Virus record (IMG/VR): IMGVR_UViG_3300037423_000411 | Span: 32,001-96,000 of that record | Length of the DNA stretch: 64,000 nucleotides | Origin: a virus | Reading direction: 5' to 3' (one strand) | Part shown: positions 63,244 through 64,000 of the stretch, piece by piece | Layout: each line of letters begins with the position of its first letter | Numbering within the stretch: the stretch's first letter is position 1 | The notes under the pieces: generated by a model | The model's input: the letters and a program-made list of their open reading frames with translations, nothing else | Databases searched by the model: none | What the model was told of the DNA's origin: nothing | Translations under genes and position numbers: made by a program

Positions 63244-63999
63244 CTAGAAATAGGTAGTAACGACAACAAGGCCGCCTGCACCATTGATGCCTGTCGCAAC
63301 TTGTCCTGTGTTTCCAACTGCATTGGCGCCTGCCGCGCCTCCACCCGGAAACTTTCCGGCTGTGCCGCCGCCTGCACCACTACCCGCGAACATGGCCGCG
63401 CCGCCTCCATAAGGAGACATTCCTCCGTAGTTCTCACCACGAAGAACTGTGTTGGTGGAAGTTCCGTTGTATCCAAGACGTTGCCCACGGCCACCGTCAC
63501 CGCCAATCATGTTCACGTCTCCTCCGGAACCAGCACCACCGGCGCCTCCCAGAGCTTGTGCGTCTCCAACTCCACCGGTCATAGAGACGCCTCCACCACC
63601 ACCTGTCGCCGAGATCGAGTTGTAAGAACTGGTTCCTCCAGATGTTCCGGAAGCACCCTGACCTAGCCCTGCGGCACCTACAACAACAGCTTCCGTAGCA
63701 CCCAAAGCCGACGCGAGGTACAGCTTCCGTGAGTAACCGCCTCCACCGCCTCCACCTCCGATAGAGGAGGCTCCAGTCGTAGCGCTTGCCCCTGCAGCGC
63801 CACCGCCTCCACCCCCACCCCAGACCTCAGCAACAACCCACTTCGCCTCAGCTGGCTTGGTCCACGTGCCGTTGCTCGTGAAGGTCTGAATGTTGCCTGG
63901 GGCACCGCTGATGTTGTAGCCGTTGCGAAGGATCGTGTTGTCGCCTGAGATGATCAAGTTGCCGTCAGCACTCTTGATCTGAGCAGGGTTGGCGTTCGG
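63244..63999 (-). CDS. glycine-rich tail fibre protein, C-terminal part (5' end outside the window)
   Basis: FTSNGTWTKP...WGGGGGGG...GAGGLVVVTTYF; frame open to the window edge. Confidence 0.8.
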   Translation of the reverse strand, partial: PNANPAQIKSADGNLIISGDNTILRNGYNISGAPGNIQTFTSNGTWTKPAEAKWVVAEVWGGGGGGGAAGASATTGASSIGGGGGGGGYSRKLYLASALGATEAVVVGAAGLGQGASGTSGGTSSYNSISATGGGGGVSMTGGVGDAQALGGAGGAGSGGDVNMIGGDGGRGQRLGYNGTSTNTVLRGENYGGMSPYGGGAAMFAGSGAGGGTAGKFPGGGAAGANAVGNTGQVATGINGAGGLVVVTTYF

Positions 64000-64000
64000 G

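Overview
This window is an internal segment of a large, GC-rich dsDNA phage genome, most likely an actinobacteriophage (inferred from WhiG-like sigma, amidase endolysin, actinophage-type holin and GGAGG leaders). Nearly all genes lie on the minus strand. It encodes replication and recombination functions (PolA, DnaB, primase Zn domain, SSB, RecA, RusA, SNF2, half-Rad50, delta and delta-prime clamp-loader-like proteins), two sigma-like factors, nucleotide-handling enzymes (NADAR, Nudix, HD), scattered virion and lysis genes, and many small hypothetical ORFs. Main findings: (1) a nuclease-less Nop/IS110-like protein (TasA-like) with about 22 stem-flanked CCA-spacer-CCA-spacer TIGR-like guide units, in three arrays (7, 3 and 4 units) plus solo units across the window; (2) a covarying CUCUCAC hairpin upstream of the SD in about 17 leaders, with an intergenic structured RNA whose two loops are antisense to that loop and to the SD; (3) three candidate promoter classes suggesting a two-sigma cascade; (4) an atypical tRNA-like RNA. 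All protein calls come from motifs read by eye; no database searches were run.
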